Counted from the first letter of the whole stretch, positions 9,943 to 21,797 are shown. The stretch is DNA of 63,768 nt, filler included, from 7 parts of 7 records of this genome joined end to end with filler, not necessarily neighbours in it; one strand, 5' to 3'. Program-made: numbers and translations. Notes: generated from the sequence alone by a model not told the origin.

Positions 9943-11986
9943 ATGAAAACAAACACACAACAACACCTATTAAACCTACTCAAAACACATTTTGGCTATG
10001 AAAAATTTCTTACAAATCAAGAAGAAATAATTCAGAACCTCTTAAATAAAAAAGATACAATCGCCATTATGCCAACTGGCGGAGGAAAATCATTGTGTTT
10101 CCAATTACCCGCATTAGCTTTGGAAGGTACAGCTATTGTTATATCACCACTAATTGCTTTAATGAAAGATCAAGTGGATGCGCTAAAAGCAAATGGAATT
10201 TCTGCAAATTTTTATAATAGCTCCCAGCCGCAAGAAATACAACAACAGGTTTTACAAGATTTACAAAATGGAAATTTAAAACTGCTTTATGTGGCGCCAG
10301 AAAGCCTTCCGCAATTACATTTTATTTTGAACACAATTAAAATCAGCCTTTTTGCAATAGATGAAGCACACTGTATTTCTAGCTGGGGTCACGATTTCCG
10401 ACCAGCCTATACACAACTTAAAAGTGTAAGGGAGCAATTTCCTAAAATTCCATTAATCGCACTAACTGCCACTGCTGATCGCGCTACACGTGAAGATATT
10501 GCTACACAACTTGCAATTCCGAACGCAAAAACCTTTATTGCCTCATTTGATAGACCCAATTTGTATCTGGATGTCCGTCCAGGACAAAATCGAAACAAAC
10601 AGATTCTTGATTTCCTTAAAAACCATTACAAAGAAAGTGGCATCATTTATTGTTTAAGTAGAAAAAGCACTGAAAAACTCGCGGCTACACTTACTTCAAA
10701 AGGGTATAAAGCCGAAGCCTATCACGCAGGGCTTACCGCTGAAAAGAGAAGTGCTATTCAAGATGATTTTGTAAATGACACCACCCCAATTATTGTTGCA
10801 ACCATTGCTTTTGGCATGGGGATAGACAAAAGTAATGTGCGCTGGGTTATCCACTACAATATGCCCAAAAATATTGAAGGATATTATCAAGAAATTGGTC
10901 GTAGCGGAAGAGATCGCTTAGCCGCAAACACCCTGCTTTTTTATAGTTTTGCCGATGTAATAATGCTTCGGAAATTTGCTGAAGATTCTGAAACAAAAGA
11001 ATTTCAATTAGCAAAATTGGAACGTATGCAGCAATTTTCTGAAGCATTAAGCTGCAGAAGAAAAGTATTACTCGGCTATTTTGGCGAACACATTACTGAA
11101 GATTGTGGCAACTGCGATATCTGCAAATCGCCACCTAAATATTTTGACGGCACACTCATTGCCCAAAAAATTTGTTCTGTAGTAGCACGATTAAAAGAAC
11201 AAGAAGCCTTAGGAATGGTTTTAGACGTACTTCGTGGCTCGCAAAACGCACAAGTTTTTGATAAAGGGTATCAAAATATTAAAACTTTTGGAGCCGCAAA
11301 AGATATTGCTTGGCGCGATTTACAACAATATACAATTCAACTTTTAAATCAAGGAATTTTACAAATCCATTTTCACGAAAATGGGCGCTTATTGCTCACA
11401 AATTTGGCAAAAAAAGTACTTTTTGAAGGCAAAAAAGTAAGATTAGCCAACATTGTTCAGGAAACTGAACAACTAAAAGTTGAAAAAACTTCACGCAAAC
11501 GAGCCGATTTATTTGAGAAACTAAAAACCCTTCGGGCAAAATTAGCCCAAGAAGCAAACATGCCTGCATACATAGTTTTTAGCGACGCGGCTCTGGAAGA
11601 TATGGAACACAAAAAACCACGAAATCAAGAAGAATTTGCCGAAATTTCAGGAGTTGGAAAAACTAAATTAGAAAAATATGGAGCTGATTTTCTAAAGGTC
11701 ATCAACCGGCATTTGGATGGTTTGGAAGCCAAATTGCCTTCCCACGAGCGTAGTTATAAAATGTTTATTGAAGAAAATCTTTCGCCTCAAGAAATTGCAG
11801 AAACACGTGGACTTTCCGTAGATTCTGTTTACGGGCACTTCTTAAAAATGCATGAATTAGGAACTGATTTTAATATAAAACAATTTATTTCTACAGAAGA
11901 AATTCAGCAAATAAAAGCGGCAACAGAAACGCTAGAAAACCCCGATACACTAAAACCCTATTTTGAATATTTTGAAGAAAAAATGC
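9943..11986 (+). CDS. recQ: ATP-dependent DNA helicase RecQ (3' end cut by contig end)
   Basis: MPTGGGKS, DEAHC, WGHDFRP, QEIGRSGRD; Zn-binding RQC, HRDC and C-terminal HTH regions. Confidence 0.95.
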
Positions 11987-12086
11987 NNNNNNNNNNNNNN
12001 NNNNNNNNNNNNNNNNNNNNNNNNNNNNNNTTAATTAATTAANNNNNNNNNNNNNNNNNNNNNNNNNNNNNNNNNNNNNNNNNNNN
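11987..12086. other. Artificial contig spacer
   Basis: 44 N + TTAATTAATTAA (stop in all six frames) + 44 N. Confidence 0.98.
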
Positions 12087-12148
12087 TCGTTTGGAACTAG
12101 TTCCAAACGACATTTTAGCCATTCATTATTCAATAATAAATAGTATAA

Positions 12149-12181
12149 TTTTCTATCTTATCTATTAACTTAGATAGAAAA
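12149..12181 (-). terminator. Possible terminator hairpin after susD
   Basis: TTTTCTATCT ... AGATAGAAAA 10-bp inverted repeat directly after the stop codon. Confidence 0.45.
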
Positions 12182-12183
12182 CT

Positions 12184-13806
12184 TTAATATTTATTTTGAT
12201 CGTCTTCTGTTAAGTTTGGATTTGCATCAATCTCAGCTTGTGGAATTTTCCATATCCATTTTGGATTCACCGAAGGTTTAGCTTGCATAAATCCATTCTG
12301 ATATAAAACCTCAGCAGCTCCTGAATTTGATTGATCTAAACCTTCATCCCAACGAATGTTATCATGAAAGCTAAATCCTTCAGCCCACAGCTCTACACGA
12401 CGTTGAAATTTAATTTGCTCCATCAATGATTCTTTAGTTCCAAAAGCAGTTTTATCAAAAGCTGAATCCCTCTTCTCTCCTAAAATAGCCAATGCATTTT
12501 GAGCGCCAGAAATATCTCCCAACATAGCCTTTGCTTCTGCTTCTATCAATACCATTTCTGAGGAACGCATGTATATTACATCATCTGGATCTGTGGTTCC
12601 TGGATTTTTCTGTAAAAACTTAACATTCATATATGGATGCGTATTATGCCCTGTAGTCATACCATAAGTGGTTATAATATCTTCCCAAGCATCCCAAAAG
12701 TCATCGTCATTATCATAATTAGGATCAGTTTCATAACTTCCTCCTTGATCATTAGAAGCACCAGAATTTGTGTTAGGAGCTAAAGGCAACCATGCATCTG
12801 CACGATAATCTGTAGCAGGAATTTGATTATATAATTCACTACTAATTAACTTAGGATTACTTCTATTTTGAGACCCATTAAAGGTTGAGCATATATAATA
12901 GAAATAGGATTGGAAATAATTCGTTTCAGCATCTATTACACGTCCACCCCAAATAACTTCTGATAAATCAGTAGTATTAAATCCTGTTTTCCATGCAGCT
13001 TCATCAATTAAAGAGTAACCATTTCTAGCTAAAGCTGCTGCATCAGCAGCTTCTTTCCATGCTCCTTTTGACAATGCAATTCTTGCTTTTATACCATAAG
13101 CGGCATTTATTGATATATGAGATTTATTTGCTGCTGCAGAAGCATTTTTGAAATACCCAATAGAAGTATTTATATCATCTGCTATTTGTTGATAAATAAC
13201 TGCCACTGTTGAACGTGGTTGACTTGTATATGGTGCTTCTGTTGCTAATAACAAAGGTACTCCTGGATCTGTATCTGGACTACCTACCAAATACCCTTTT
13301 GCATAAGTCATTATTAATTGATGATAAGCCCAAGCTCTATAAGCATGTGCTTGTGCAAGAATATTATTCATCTCCTCATCAATTACAAACTCTCCTTCAG
13401 CAACTTCATTAATAATAGAATTACAACTAGCGATAAAATGGTAACGTTGGTACCAAAAATTTTTCACAGTAGTAGAACCAGCATTGATGTGGGTACGCCA
13501 TTGTAAATCTGAAGTCATCCAACCATTCCCTGGAGAAGAGTGGATTATATTTCCTCCCATTGCATCTAAAGCAGGTATAAAGTGACTTTGTCCACTTCTA
13601 GAACTCTCAGCCCCTGGCAATGGAGACTGTGCATACATTTGTCTATGAAGACCTTCAAGTATTAACATCATATTTTCAGGAGAAGAAAGTGCATCGTCTG
13701 CTGAAATAGCATCTGTTGGTGTTGTGTCCAAATAATCTTCTGAACAACTTATGGTAAAAAGTACTGTTGAGACTATCAACAAATACATATAAATTTTTCG
13801 TAACAT
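12184..13806 (-). CDS. susD: RagB/SusD family nutrient-binding outer membrane lipoprotein
   Basis: Lipobox TISC; YMRSSEMVLIEAEA; RRVELWAEG; IPQAEIDANP; directly downstream of susC. Confidence 0.93.
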   Translation of the reverse strand: MLRKIYMYLLIVSTVLFTISCSEDYLDTTPTDAISADDALSSPENMMLILEGLHRQMYAQSPLPGAESSRSGQSHFIPALDAMGGNIIHSSPGNGWMTSDLQWRTHINAGSTTVKNFWYQRYHFIASCNSIINEVAEGEFVIDEEMNNILAQAHAYRAWAYHQLIMTYAKGYLVGSPDTDPGVPLLLATEAPYTSQPRSTVAVIYQQIADDINTSIGYFKNASAAANKSHISINAAYGIKARIALSKGAWKEAADAAALARNGYSLIDEAAWKTGFNTTDLSEVIWGGRVIDAETNYFQSYFYYICSTFNGSQNRSNPKLISSELYNQIPATDYRADAWLPLAPNTNSGASNDQGGSYETDPNYDNDDDFWDAWEDIITTYGMTTGHNTHPYMNVKFLQKNPGTTDPDDVIYMRSSEMVLIEAEAKAMLGDISGAQNALAILGEKRDSAFDKTAFGTKESLMEQIKFQRRVELWAEGFSFHDNIRWDEGLDQSNSGAAEVLYQNGFMQAKPSVNPKWIWKIPQAEIDANPNLTEDDQNKY

Positions 13807-13836
13807 AATTTTCAATTTATTATTTTTTAATTCCCC

Positions 13837-16800
13837 TTAAAATGAAACATTAACTCCAAAAGAAATTACTCTAGATGGGTTATAATCATTTCCTTCTGGT
13901 GTTCCTGATAAATTATACATTGGGTTCAATCCTCTTCTTTCAGAATCTATAAGTAAGTTCTCTCCAGTAACATAAAATTGAAGTTTACTTAATCCTAACG
14001 GATCTAGGATATCATTACTAAAATTATATGCTAAGCTTACATTCTTAACTCCAAAATAAGAGGCATCGGTTAGAAATCTTGTAGATCCTGATACCAATTG
14101 ATTTGGTGCTCCATTTTCCAATCTTGGAACATCTGTAATATCTCCAGGTGCTTTCCAAGCATTCATCATATCTGGATGAAGCGATTCTCCATATTCTCCT
14201 TCATGCATCATAGCCGCATAACCATAATCTAAAACTTCTCCCCCTATAGAATACAAAAGAAGTACACTAAGCTCTAAATTTTTATATCTAAAGCGATTGG
14301 TAATCGATCCAAATAAATCTGGAATTGGTGTGGAGTTTGCATATGCTTTCCCTGCATCTTGATAATCATTTGTAGTTTCATGGTCTCCATCTGCATTTAG
14401 TACAGGAACTCGGCCCCCAGTGTCTACATCATCTTCATACATATAATACAATGCATCCCCATTATCTGGATCTACTCCAGCATAATCATAGATAAAGAAG
14501 TCGTACCTAGAACGTCCAACATCCCATCTCTTCGAACCATCAATAAATGGTGATGGAATATCTGTAATCTCATTCTTCAAAGTAGAAGCTTGAACAGTTA
14601 AATCCCAATTAAAATCATTTGATCTTAGTAACTCCCCAGTAATACCAATTTCAAAACCTTCATTGTACATGTCTGCAATATTTGCTGGTCCTTCATTTAA
14701 ACCATTTGAAAGTGGAAGCGGTACGTTGTATAATAAGTCAGAAGAATTTTTTCTGTAATACTCTAAAGAACCGTGTAATCTATTATTAAAGAAACCATAC
14801 TCCAATGCAACATCCCAGCTATCTACTGTCTCCCATGTCAAAGCATTGTTTCCTATATCTGACCAATATATCCCTGGATCCCCAGCATTTGTATATAATG
14901 AGTATCTAGGCTGAGAAATGTAATAATCGTTTAAATCATCGTTACCTACTTGACCAAAAGACGCTCGCAATTTTAAATTATTAACAAAATCAACATCTTC
15001 CATAAAACCTTCTTGGTCTATTCTCCAAGATCCTCCTATTGAATAAAAATTACCCCATCTAACATCTTTATTAAATACTGATGATCCATCGCGTCTTGCA
15101 GAGGCACTTATATAATATTTATGTCCGAAGTTATAATTCAACCTTGCAAAATATCCTTCAAGTCTCTTATCTGAGCTATACCCAGATAAATCTGAGATAG
15201 TAGAAAAATTATCGAACTCATAAATCCCTACAGCTGTTTGGGTATTACTAGAACCATCCATTTCACTATAATGACGGTTAAAACTTTCGTGTCCTAAAGT
15301 AACGTCAAAATTATGTCTCCCGAAGTCCTTATTATAGGTAATAATCTGATTAAAGTTTTCAACAGTTCTTCTAAATCTCAACTCACCATAGCGACCAGCA
15401 GGCGCTCCATCTCCTACAATGTTGTTTTCGTATTCCTTATTTATATAATCATTAGTATCTTGACCATATAATAATTTAAAATTTAAGCCTTCTAAGATTT
15501 TAAAATCTGCAGTATATCTAAGACTTATATTATTAATTTTAGTAACATCACTATTAAATAAAGCTTCAGCAATAGCATGACGCCCTACGTTTACGGGTCT
15601 AGAACGAATTCCATAATCTGAATATCCTTCACCATAATCAAACTGAGTTGCTCCTTCAGCATCTAAAATATAATCCCCTGTAGTTGGATCCACCACATAT
15701 ACTGGATAAACTGATCCCATTCCTTTTGCAAAACCAAATGGATTGGCAATAGAACTTCCTCTAGACATTGGTCCTTTTTGTGTGGTAGAAGAAAAATTCA
15801 TGTTTGCTCCTAAACTCAACCATTCTGCAGGAGAAAAGCTCCCACTTAAACGATTAGTCATTCTTTTATAATCACTAGTTACAACATATCCTTTTTCATC
15901 TAAATAAGATGTTGAGAAAAACACGTTATGATTTTCACCACCTCCAGAAGCATTTAAAGAAAGATTTTGTCGGCTTCCTGTTCTCTCCAAAGCATCATAC
16001 CAATCTAAACCTTGAGCAATTACTTGGGCATTTGGGTTTAATTTTCCATCTACCCCTACTATTTGATCATTAGGAACATTAAATGGATTATAACCCAAAC
16101 GATTATAAATAGATGCAGAAGCCTCTGTAGCTGGGTCACTTCCTCCTAAAGAATTTTTATATGCCTGCCACATCATTTCGTAATATTGACCAGGCGATGC
16201 AGCTTCATACTCAGGAACACCTTTTGTAACTACCCCATATTGACTTGACATATTTACTTTAATACCAGTTCCTTTTTTACCTTTCTTAGTTGTTATCATA
16301 ACAACTCCATTTGCAGCACGAGAACCATATAATGAGGTTGAAGCTGCGTCTTTTAAAACCGTAATAGATGCAATATCATCTTGGTTTAGACTATTAATAC
16401 CTCCTTCAAACTGAATACCATCTACAATATAAAGCGGATCTGTATCTCCGTTTAATGTACCCACACCTCTAATAACTATACTAGGTGAAGAACCTGGCTG
16501 ACCAGAAGTTGATAAAACCTGAACTCCAGTTGTAGACCCCTCTACTGCTCCAATAGGAGAGGTTAATGTTCTTAAGCCAAAATCTTCAGCTTTAATAACA
16601 TCTGCAGAACCAGTAAAGTCTTTCTCTGTAGAAGTTCCATAAGCTACTACTATAACTTCATCCAACGTCTGCGCATCTTGTTGCAAGGCAACATTAATAA
16701 TATTTGAAGCTCCTACTTTACGTTCTACTGTAGTTTGCCCTACGTAAGAAAAAACTAAAATATCTCCTGTAGATGCATTAATGGAATAATTTCCATCAAA

Positions 16801-16968
16801 GTCGGTCTGACTTCCATTTTTAGAACCTTTGACCAACACATTAGCTCCGGGCAAAGGAATATTGTCCTGGTCGGTAACTGTTCCCGAAACGGTTACTTCT
16901 TGTGCAACGGCAAATTGAACAAGAAACGCTAAGAATAGCGAAAAAAACACATGTAATTTTGATTTCAT
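13837..16968 (-). CDS. susC: SusC/RagA family TonB-dependent transporter
   Basis: N-terminal carboxypeptidase-like domain; plug PLYIVDG and LKDAASTSLYGSRAANGV; terminal Phe. Confidence 0.95.
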   Translation of the reverse strand: MKSKLHVFFSLFLAFLVQFAVAQEVTVSGTVTDQDNIPLPGANVLVKGSKNGSQTDFDGNYSINASTGDILVFSYVGQTTVERKVGASNIINVALQQDAQTLDEVIVVAYGTSTEKDFTGSADVIKAEDFGLRTLTSPIGAVEGSTTGVQVLSTSGQPGSSPSIVIRGVGTLNGDTDPLYIVDGIQFEGGINSLNQDDIASITVLKDAASTSLYGSRAANGVVMITTKKGKKGTGIKVNMSSQYGVVTKGVPEYEAASPGQYYEMMWQAYKNSLGGSDPATEASASIYNRLGYNPFNVPNDQIVGVDGKLNPNAQVIAQGLDWYDALERTGSRQNLSLNASGGGENHNVFFSTSYLDEKGYVVTSDYKRMTNRLSGSFSPAEWLSLGANMNFSSTTQKGPMSRGSSIANPFGFAKGMGSVYPVYVVDPTTGDYILDAEGATQFDYGEGYSDYGIRSRPVNVGRHAIAEALFNSDVTKINNISLRYTADFKILEGLNFKLLYGQDTNDYINKEYENNIVGDGAPAGRYGELRFRRTVENFNQIITYNKDFGRHNFDVTLGHESFNRHYSEMDGSSNTQTAVGIYEFDNFSTISDLSGYSSDKRLEGYFARLNYNFGHKYYISASARRDGSSVFNKDVRWGNFYSIGGSWRIDQEGFMEDVDFVNNLKLRASFGQVGNDDLNDYYISQPRYSLYTNAGDPGIYWSDIGNNALTWETVDSWDVALEYGFFNNRLHGSLEYYRKNSSDLLYNVPLPLSNGLNEGPANIADMYNEGFEIGITGELLRSNDFNWDLTVQASTLKNEITDIPSPFIDGSKRWDVGRSRYDFFIYDYAGVDPDNGDALYYMYEDDVDTGGRVPVLNADGDHETTNDYQDAGKAYANSTPIPDLFGSITNRFRYKNLELSVLLLYSIGGEVLDYGYAAMMHEGEYGESLHPDMMNAWKAPGDITDVPRLENGAPNQLVSGSTRFLTDASYFGVKNVSLAYNFSNDILDPLGLSKLQFYVTGENLLIDSERRGLNPMYNLSGTPEGNDYNPSRVISFGVNVSF

Positions 16969-17281
16969 TATTTAAATAAGTTTAGAAATTAGTGCCGCGA
17001 AAGTAGCCAAAAAAGTCAGTTTTTTGTAGGAAAGAATGCTTTTCAGTAAGAATTTTATCCGTTATTATGGATATACAAAAATCCAAATTATAATTTCATA
17101 ATATCTTATTTTGAAGAGCCCATTTTCAATAAATTCATAATTCAAATTAACTAGTTTGGAAGTCTTTTTCCTGAAATTTCACCAGATAAATTAAAGGTTT
17201 CGCCTTTCTTTTTTATAAATTCTTCCTAACAAATCATCAACTAAATGAAAAAACTTTATTTTTGATGCAAAATTTAAACGG

Positions 17282-19084
17282 TTGACTCAAATACGTACAT
17301 ATCTATCCCTCATCCTCTTTTGTTTTTCTACTGTGTTATTGGCTCAGGAGAAAAAAGAAATTACCATCATTCATGGAGGAGATTTTAATAAAGATGAAGT
17401 AAAATATCCAGGTGCCTCTATATTCAGCAAAGACGATAGACAGGTTCAATTTGAACATCAAGGAATTGATCTTTGGTGCGATCTTGCTGTTTATTATCAA
17501 AAAGAAAATAAAATACAAGCCTATGGAAATGTCTTTTTTCAACAAGGAGATTCCATTAAAATGAATAGCGAATATGTAGAATACGATGGAACTACAAAAA
17601 TTGCTTTGGCTAAGGAAAAGGTTGTTTTAAGAAACAACTCAATGACGCTAAATACCGAAGAATTAGAATTTGACAGAAATAAACAAGAAGCATTTTACGA
17701 TAATTTCGGAACTGTAAAAGATAGTGCCAATGTCCTAACAAGCGATAAAGGTCGCTATTACATGGAAATTGATAAATACGAGTTTAAAAGTGATGTAAAA
17801 ATTACCAATCCTGATTATGTAATTAATTCAGCCCGAATGGATTATTACACCAATACCAAAAACGCATATATGTACGGACCATCAACTGTGGTTGGAGAAG
17901 ACTATAAAATGTATTGCGAGCGTGGTTTCTACAATACGGTTGCAGAAACTGGTTATGGGGTTAAAAATACGCGTATAGATTACAGTGATCGGATTATTTA
18001 TGGAGATAGCTTATATTTTAACAAAGCTACAGAATTTGCTTCAGCAACCAACAACATTAAAGTAATAGACACTGTAAACGATGGAGTTTTAAGAGGTCAT
18101 TATGCAGAGATTTATAAAGCAAAAGATTCTGTTTTAGTTACTAAAAAAGCCTTGGCTATTAGTCTTTTTGAAAAAGATTCCATGTATATCCATGCAGATA
18201 CTTTAATGGTTACAGGAAAAGAAAATGAGCGTATTGTTAGAGCTTTTAGAGACGCGCGTTTTTTTAAAACAGATTTAAGTGGAAAATGTGATTCTATTCA
18301 TACGGACGAAAAAACTGGAATTGCGCAACTCATAACTAAAATTCCGCCAAATACTCCAGAAAACAAACTTTCCGCTTTCCGACCCGTACTTTGGAGCGGA
18401 GAAACACAAATGACAGGAGATAGCATTCATATTATCTCCAATGTAAAAACCGAGAAGCTAGACTCCCTCAAGGTGTGGGACAATGCTTTTATTATTCAGA
18501 AAGACTCCTTAAGTGGTGTAAAGTTTAAAGACTCTCTTAAACAAGGTTACAACCAGATAAAAGGAAAATATCTCTATGGTTTATTTGAAGAAAATGAATT
18601 AAGAATTGTGGATATTGTCAAAAATGCGGAACTTATATATTACTTATGGAATGATGATGATGAGTTGGTAGGGATAGACAAACGTCTTTGTGGACTTATC
18701 CAAATGGTAATGGAAGATAACGAAATTGACAATACCACCTCTTTTATTAATGTAGAAGGAATTATTTATCCCGATTCTGAGCTTCCTGTTAACGGTCGTA
18801 AATTTAGAGGTTTCTATTGGCGTGGCGATGAAATTATTTCTAGTGTAGACGATTTATTTAGTGAAGAAGATAAAAACATAAAACTCCCTGTAATTAATGG
18901 AGTTAACAATCCTATAGATATTGATAATCCTAATTTAGCTCCAGAAGAATTAACTCCTATTAATCCTGAAGAAGAGGAAAAAGAGGAAACGCCTACAAAC
19001 ACTGCTAATTCAGTAAATAAAAAAGCAACACTTCCTAAAAAAGCGCCTGTTAAGAAAACTGAAAAAGAAGAAAGTTCTAAATAA
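17282..19084 (+). CDS. OstA-like (LptA/LptD-type beta-jellyroll) protein
   Basis: Signal peptide; repeated CDxA, GNV..QGDS and ADTL motifs typical of Bacteroidetes OstA-like proteins. Confidence 0.8.
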   Translation: MTQIRTYLSLILFCFSTVLLAQEKKEITIIHGGDFNKDEVKYPGASIFSKDDRQVQFEHQGIDLWCDLAVYYQKENKIQAYGNVFFQQGDSIKMNSEYVEYDGTTKIALAKEKVVLRNNSMTLNTEELEFDRNKQEAFYDNFGTVKDSANVLTSDKGRYYMEIDKYEFKSDVKITNPDYVINSARMDYYTNTKNAYMYGPSTVVGEDYKMYCERGFYNTVAETGYGVKNTRIDYSDRIIYGDSLYFNKATEFASATNNIKVIDTVNDGVLRGHYAEIYKAKDSVLVTKKALAISLFEKDSMYIHADTLMVTGKENERIVRAFRDARFFKTDLSGKCDSIHTDEKTGIAQLITKIPPNTPENKLSAFRPVLWSGETQMTGDSIHIISNVKTEKLDSLKVWDNAFIIQKDSLSGVKFKDSLKQGYNQIKGKYLYGLFEENELRIVDIVKNAELIYYLWNDDDELVGIDKRLCGLIQMVMEDNEIDNTTSFINVEGIIYPDSELPVNGRKFRGFYWRGDEIISSVDDLFSEEDKNIKLPVINGVNNPIDIDNPNLAPEELTPINPEEEEKEETPTNTANSVNKKATLPKKAPVKKTEKEESSK

Positions 19085-20277
19085 TGAAGCAAGACTTTTT
19101 AAAATATCAAGCACAAACGGGACCAACTCCCTTAGGTATAGAAGTTTCTCACGCAAGAGGTTCCTATATTTATGATCTTGATGGAAAATCTTATTTAGAC
19201 TTTGTTGCTGGAGTCTCTGCCAATACGTTAGGCCATAGTCACCCAAAAGTTGTGAATGCTGTGCAAGAGCAAGCTGCTTCTTATATGCATGTAATGGTTT
19301 ATGGAGAATATGCACAAGGCCCTTCGGTTGAGCTTGCAAAGTTATTAGCACAACAATTACCAGAACCTTTGAGCAGCACTTATTTAGTAAATTCTGGCAC
19401 AGAAGCTATAGAAGGGGCTATGAAACTCTCAAAAAGAGCTACTGGAAGAGGAGAAGTTATTGCTGCAAAGCATGCGTATCATGGTAATACTCAAGGCTCT
19501 ATGAGCTTAATGGGGTATGAAGAAAGAAAAAAAGCGTACCGCCCTTTATTACCTGGTATAAAATTTATTGAATTTAATAACGAAGAAGATTTAAAAAATA
19601 TAACTACTAAAACTGCTGGAGTTATTCTTGAAACCATCCAAGGAGGAGCCGGATTTATAGAACCGAAAAACAACTATTTACAGAAGGTAAAAAAACGTTG
19701 TGAAGAAGTTGGGGCTTTACTTATCCTCGACGAAATTCAACCTGGTTTCGGGCGGACAGGAAGACTTTTTGGTTTTATGAACTACCATGTTACTCCAGAT
19801 ATTTTAGTAATGGGGAAAGGAATGGCTGGCGGAATGCCTATTGGCGCTTTTACCGCCTCATATGACATGATGGCACAATTAAAAGAAGCTCCAAAAATGG
19901 GGCATATAACTACTTTTGGAGGACATCCTGTTGTAGCCGCGGCTGCACTTGCCACCTTAAAAGAATTAACTACCACAACTTTAATTAAACAAACACTAGA
20001 AAAAGAAAAACACTTCCGATCACTTTTGGTACATCCTTTGATTAAGGAGATTAGAGGAAAAGGATTAATGTTGGCAATACTTGTTGAAAATGCAGAAGTT
20101 GCAAACTTTTTAGTACTTGAAGGAATGAAAAAAGGACTCATTCTCTTTTGGCTTCTATTTGAAACAAGAGCAGTACGAATTACACCACCATTAACCATTT
20201 CAAATGAAGAAATTGAAAAAGGTTGCAACACTATTTTAGAGCTTCTAAATGAGTGGAATAACCAAAATGTTAACTAA
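19084..20277 (+). CDS. Class III PLP-dependent aminotransferase (ArgD-like)
   Basis: NSGTEA, YHGNT, DEIQPGFGRTG, MGKGMAGG. Confidence 0.88.
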   Translation: MKQDFLKYQAQTGPTPLGIEVSHARGSYIYDLDGKSYLDFVAGVSANTLGHSHPKVVNAVQEQAASYMHVMVYGEYAQGPSVELAKLLAQQLPEPLSSTYLVNSGTEAIEGAMKLSKRATGRGEVIAAKHAYHGNTQGSMSLMGYEERKKAYRPLLPGIKFIEFNNEEDLKNITTKTAGVILETIQGGAGFIEPKNNYLQKVKKRCEEVGALLILDEIQPGFGRTGRLFGFMNYHVTPDILVMGKGMAGGMPIGAFTASYDMMAQLKEAPKMGHITTFGGHPVVAAAALATLKELTTTTLIKQTLEKEKHFRSLLVHPLIKEIRGKGLMLAILVENAEVANFLVLEGMKKGLILFWLLFETRAVRITPPLTISNEEIEKGCNTILELLNEWNNQNVN

Positions 20278-20364
20278 TTTGTTAATAACAATAAGGTTTT
20301 TGATTCAATCATAACGCTTCAAGCCCTAAATTTATTAACGTAGAAATCTAAAAACGCATCGCTT

Positions 20365-21765
20365 ATGCCATTTAGTGCTCACGAAGATCATAACCCACCG
20401 TTAGCAAAATTTGAATCAATGTTGAAAACTAATGACGTTTACTTCTTTGATTCGGAAGACTTCCAAGAGATAACACATCATTATCTTGATTCTGGAAAAG
20501 TTGCTTTAGCTAAAAAAGCTATACAAATTGGTTTACAACAACACCCTACTTCTTCAGAGTTAAAACTCTTACAAGTAGAGATTCTTGTTTTTGAAAATCG
20601 GTTTGATGTTGCTGAAGTAATTTTAGATGAATTGGAAGCAATAGAATCTTCTAACGAAGAAATATTAATCCAAAAGGCTAATATTTATTCCAAACAAGAC
20701 AACCATCAAAAGGCAATAGAATTACTGCATGATGCTTTATCTATGACAGATGATAATGCAGATATTTATTCTTTATTAGGAATGGAATATCTTTTTTTAG
20801 ACGATTATGAATCGGCTAAAGATGCATTTATTAATTGTTTAAATGAAGATTATGAAGATTATGCTGCCCTATATAATGTAATTTATTGCTTCGATTTCTT
20901 AGAAGATTTTGATGGTGCTATTACATTTTTAAATTCGTATCTAAATCAGAATCCGTATTGCGAAGTTGCATGGCATCAATTAGGAAAGCAATTTGTAAGT
21001 AAAAAAATGTACAAAGAAGCGCTTTCTAGTTTTGATTTTGCTATTTATTCCGACGATACTTTTATAGGTGCTTACCTAGAAAAAGGACGGGTATTGGAAC
21101 GTTTAAAAAGATATAATGAAGCCATTGAAAACTACGAAATCACTTTAGGTTTAGACGATCCAACTTCTTATGCTTATTTAAGAATAGGAAAATGTCATGA
21201 CAAGCTAGGGAATTTAGAATTAGCAAAAAAATTCTTTTATCGTACCGTTCATGAAGATCCGCTTTTAGACAAAGGCTGGATTGCTATAACCGACTTTTAT
21301 TTTAAGCAAGGGAATTATCAAAAAGCGCTATATTACATCAATAAAGCTATAAATATTGATAGTGAAAATGTATTATATTGGAAACGAAGCGCCAAAATAA
21401 ATGAATTACTTCATTTTTATGAAGAATCAGATCTTGCCTATCAAAAAGCCGTAGAATTAGGAAACTATGAATTACAAACATGGATTTCATGGTCGGATAT
21501 TTTATTGAAATTAGGCGAGTATGACAGCGCTATTCACACACTTTTACAGGCTTTAGAATTTTATCCTGAGCATGCAGATTTAGAATACCGTTTGGCAGGA
21601 ATGTACTACCTATCTTCTGATGCTTTAAAAGGAACATATCATTTAAAAAACGCCTTAAAACACAACTATGAGGAGCATGATACTATGGAAATTTTATTCC
21701 CTGCAGTTTATAACCGCAAAACAGTAAAAAATATAATCCATAGTTTTAAAAATGCGTCCCTATAA
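20365..21765 (+). CDS. Tetratricopeptide repeat protein
   Basis: Multiple TPR-like helical repeats (AWHQLG, AYLEKG, AYLRIG). Confidence 0.85.
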   Translation: MPFSAHEDHNPPLAKFESMLKTNDVYFFDSEDFQEITHHYLDSGKVALAKKAIQIGLQQHPTSSELKLLQVEILVFENRFDVAEVILDELEAIESSNEEILIQKANIYSKQDNHQKAIELLHDALSMTDDNADIYSLLGMEYLFLDDYESAKDAFINCLNEDYEDYAALYNVIYCFDFLEDFDGAITFLNSYLNQNPYCEVAWHQLGKQFVSKKMYKEALSSFDFAIYSDDTFIGAYLEKGRVLERLKRYNEAIENYEITLGLDDPTSYAYLRIGKCHDKLGNLELAKKFFYRTVHEDPLLDKGWIAITDFYFKQGNYQKALYYINKAINIDSENVLYWKRSAKINELLHFYEESDLAYQKAVELGNYELQTWISWSDILLKLGEYDSAIHTLLQALEFYPEHADLEYRLAGMYYLSSDALKGTYHLKNALKHNYEEHDTMEILFPAVYNRKTVKNIIHSFKNASL

Positions 21766-21797
21766 AATTGCTATTTTTGTTCCCCTAAGAACAAAAT

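Noticed and set aside
12031-12042. TTAATTAATTAA repeated six times within N runs
   Set aside because: Synthetic six-frame-stop linker, not biological. ORF tails ending in 'LIN' are artefacts of it.
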